Source of the DNA: Camelus dromedarius
Taxonomy: Eukaryota
Assembly (NCBI RefSeq): GCF_036321535.1
Contig: NC_087437.1
Span: forward strand, 49,416,001 to 49,480,000
Length of the DNA: 64,000 nucleotides
Direction of reading: 5' to 3'
Below are positions 63,651 to 64,000 of this stretch, piece by piece. The translations under genes and the position numbers were made by a program. Under the pieces are notes generated by a model. That model made no database searches. It was not told the DNA's origin and was given only the letters and a program-made list of their open reading frames with translations. How positions within the stretch are numbered: position 1 is the first letter of the stretch; the number at the start of each line of letters is the position of its first letter.

Positions 63651-64000
63651 TGGATTGCCTACGGAGAGGGAAGCTACAGCTTTCACTGTAGCTGATGGCT
63701 AAAGCATGACACTATGACATCTCCGTGAAACTCGTGATTTGTATGGTATTGGTTCGCTGGAACATCCAGACCCTGATCGTGCGTATAATGTTTCCTTGTA
63801 AGCAGCACTCGCCAATTTAAAACCAGGCCCCTGGTGCCCCATATTGCTAATCCCTTCTGCCATTTGTCTGGTTAAATCCTCTTTTTTAGCCCCTCTCTTC
63901 CTTTCCTTGTCTCCTTCCATCCTTCCTTCTCTCTCTCCCTCCCTCCCTTCCTCAATCTGAATCGTTCGTGCTGAATGCGTCCCAGTCTGAGGGTAAGGGT

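Noticed and set aside
63880..64000. Pyrimidine tract, cccag and GAGG|gtaagg at the window edge as a microexon or divergent exon
   Set aside because: It is cut by the window end, and the tract resembles a degenerate L2 tail, so it cannot be supported
1..64000. CRISPR arrays, operons or other prokaryote-type systems; a gene symbol for either putative transcript
   Set aside because: The sequence is mammalian and has no spaced direct-repeat array; the candidate exons are too short for me to recognise a gene honestly

Overview
This is mammalian genomic DNA, most likely from a camelid (alpaca or camel), judged from three copies of a Vic-1-like tRNA-derived SINE. The window is AT-rich, mostly intronic or intergenic, and dense in MIR, L2, L1, MaLR/ERVL LTR and hAT/TcMar fossils, several of them nested or still carrying target-site duplications. 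I recognise no intact protein-coding gene and name none. Three structures are inferred from splice signals alone: (i) the likely 3' end of a plus-strand gene, with candidate short stop-containing exons at about 3.7-6.5 kb and a strong terminal exon plus 3'UTR at 19.4-20.9 kb; (ii) a CpG-island promoter at about 62.3-63.65 kb with a minus-strand non-coding first exon; (iii) candidate downstream minus-strand exons at 43.8, 36.5 and 35.5 kb, which can be joined into a 59-aa ORF. A minus-strand 78-aa ORF at 58 kb has a strong Kozak context and looks like an ancient L1-type ORF1 relic. No CRISPR array, rRNA or true tRNA gene was seen. Repeat family names come from my recall of consensus sequences, and all gene models are unverified hypotheses.
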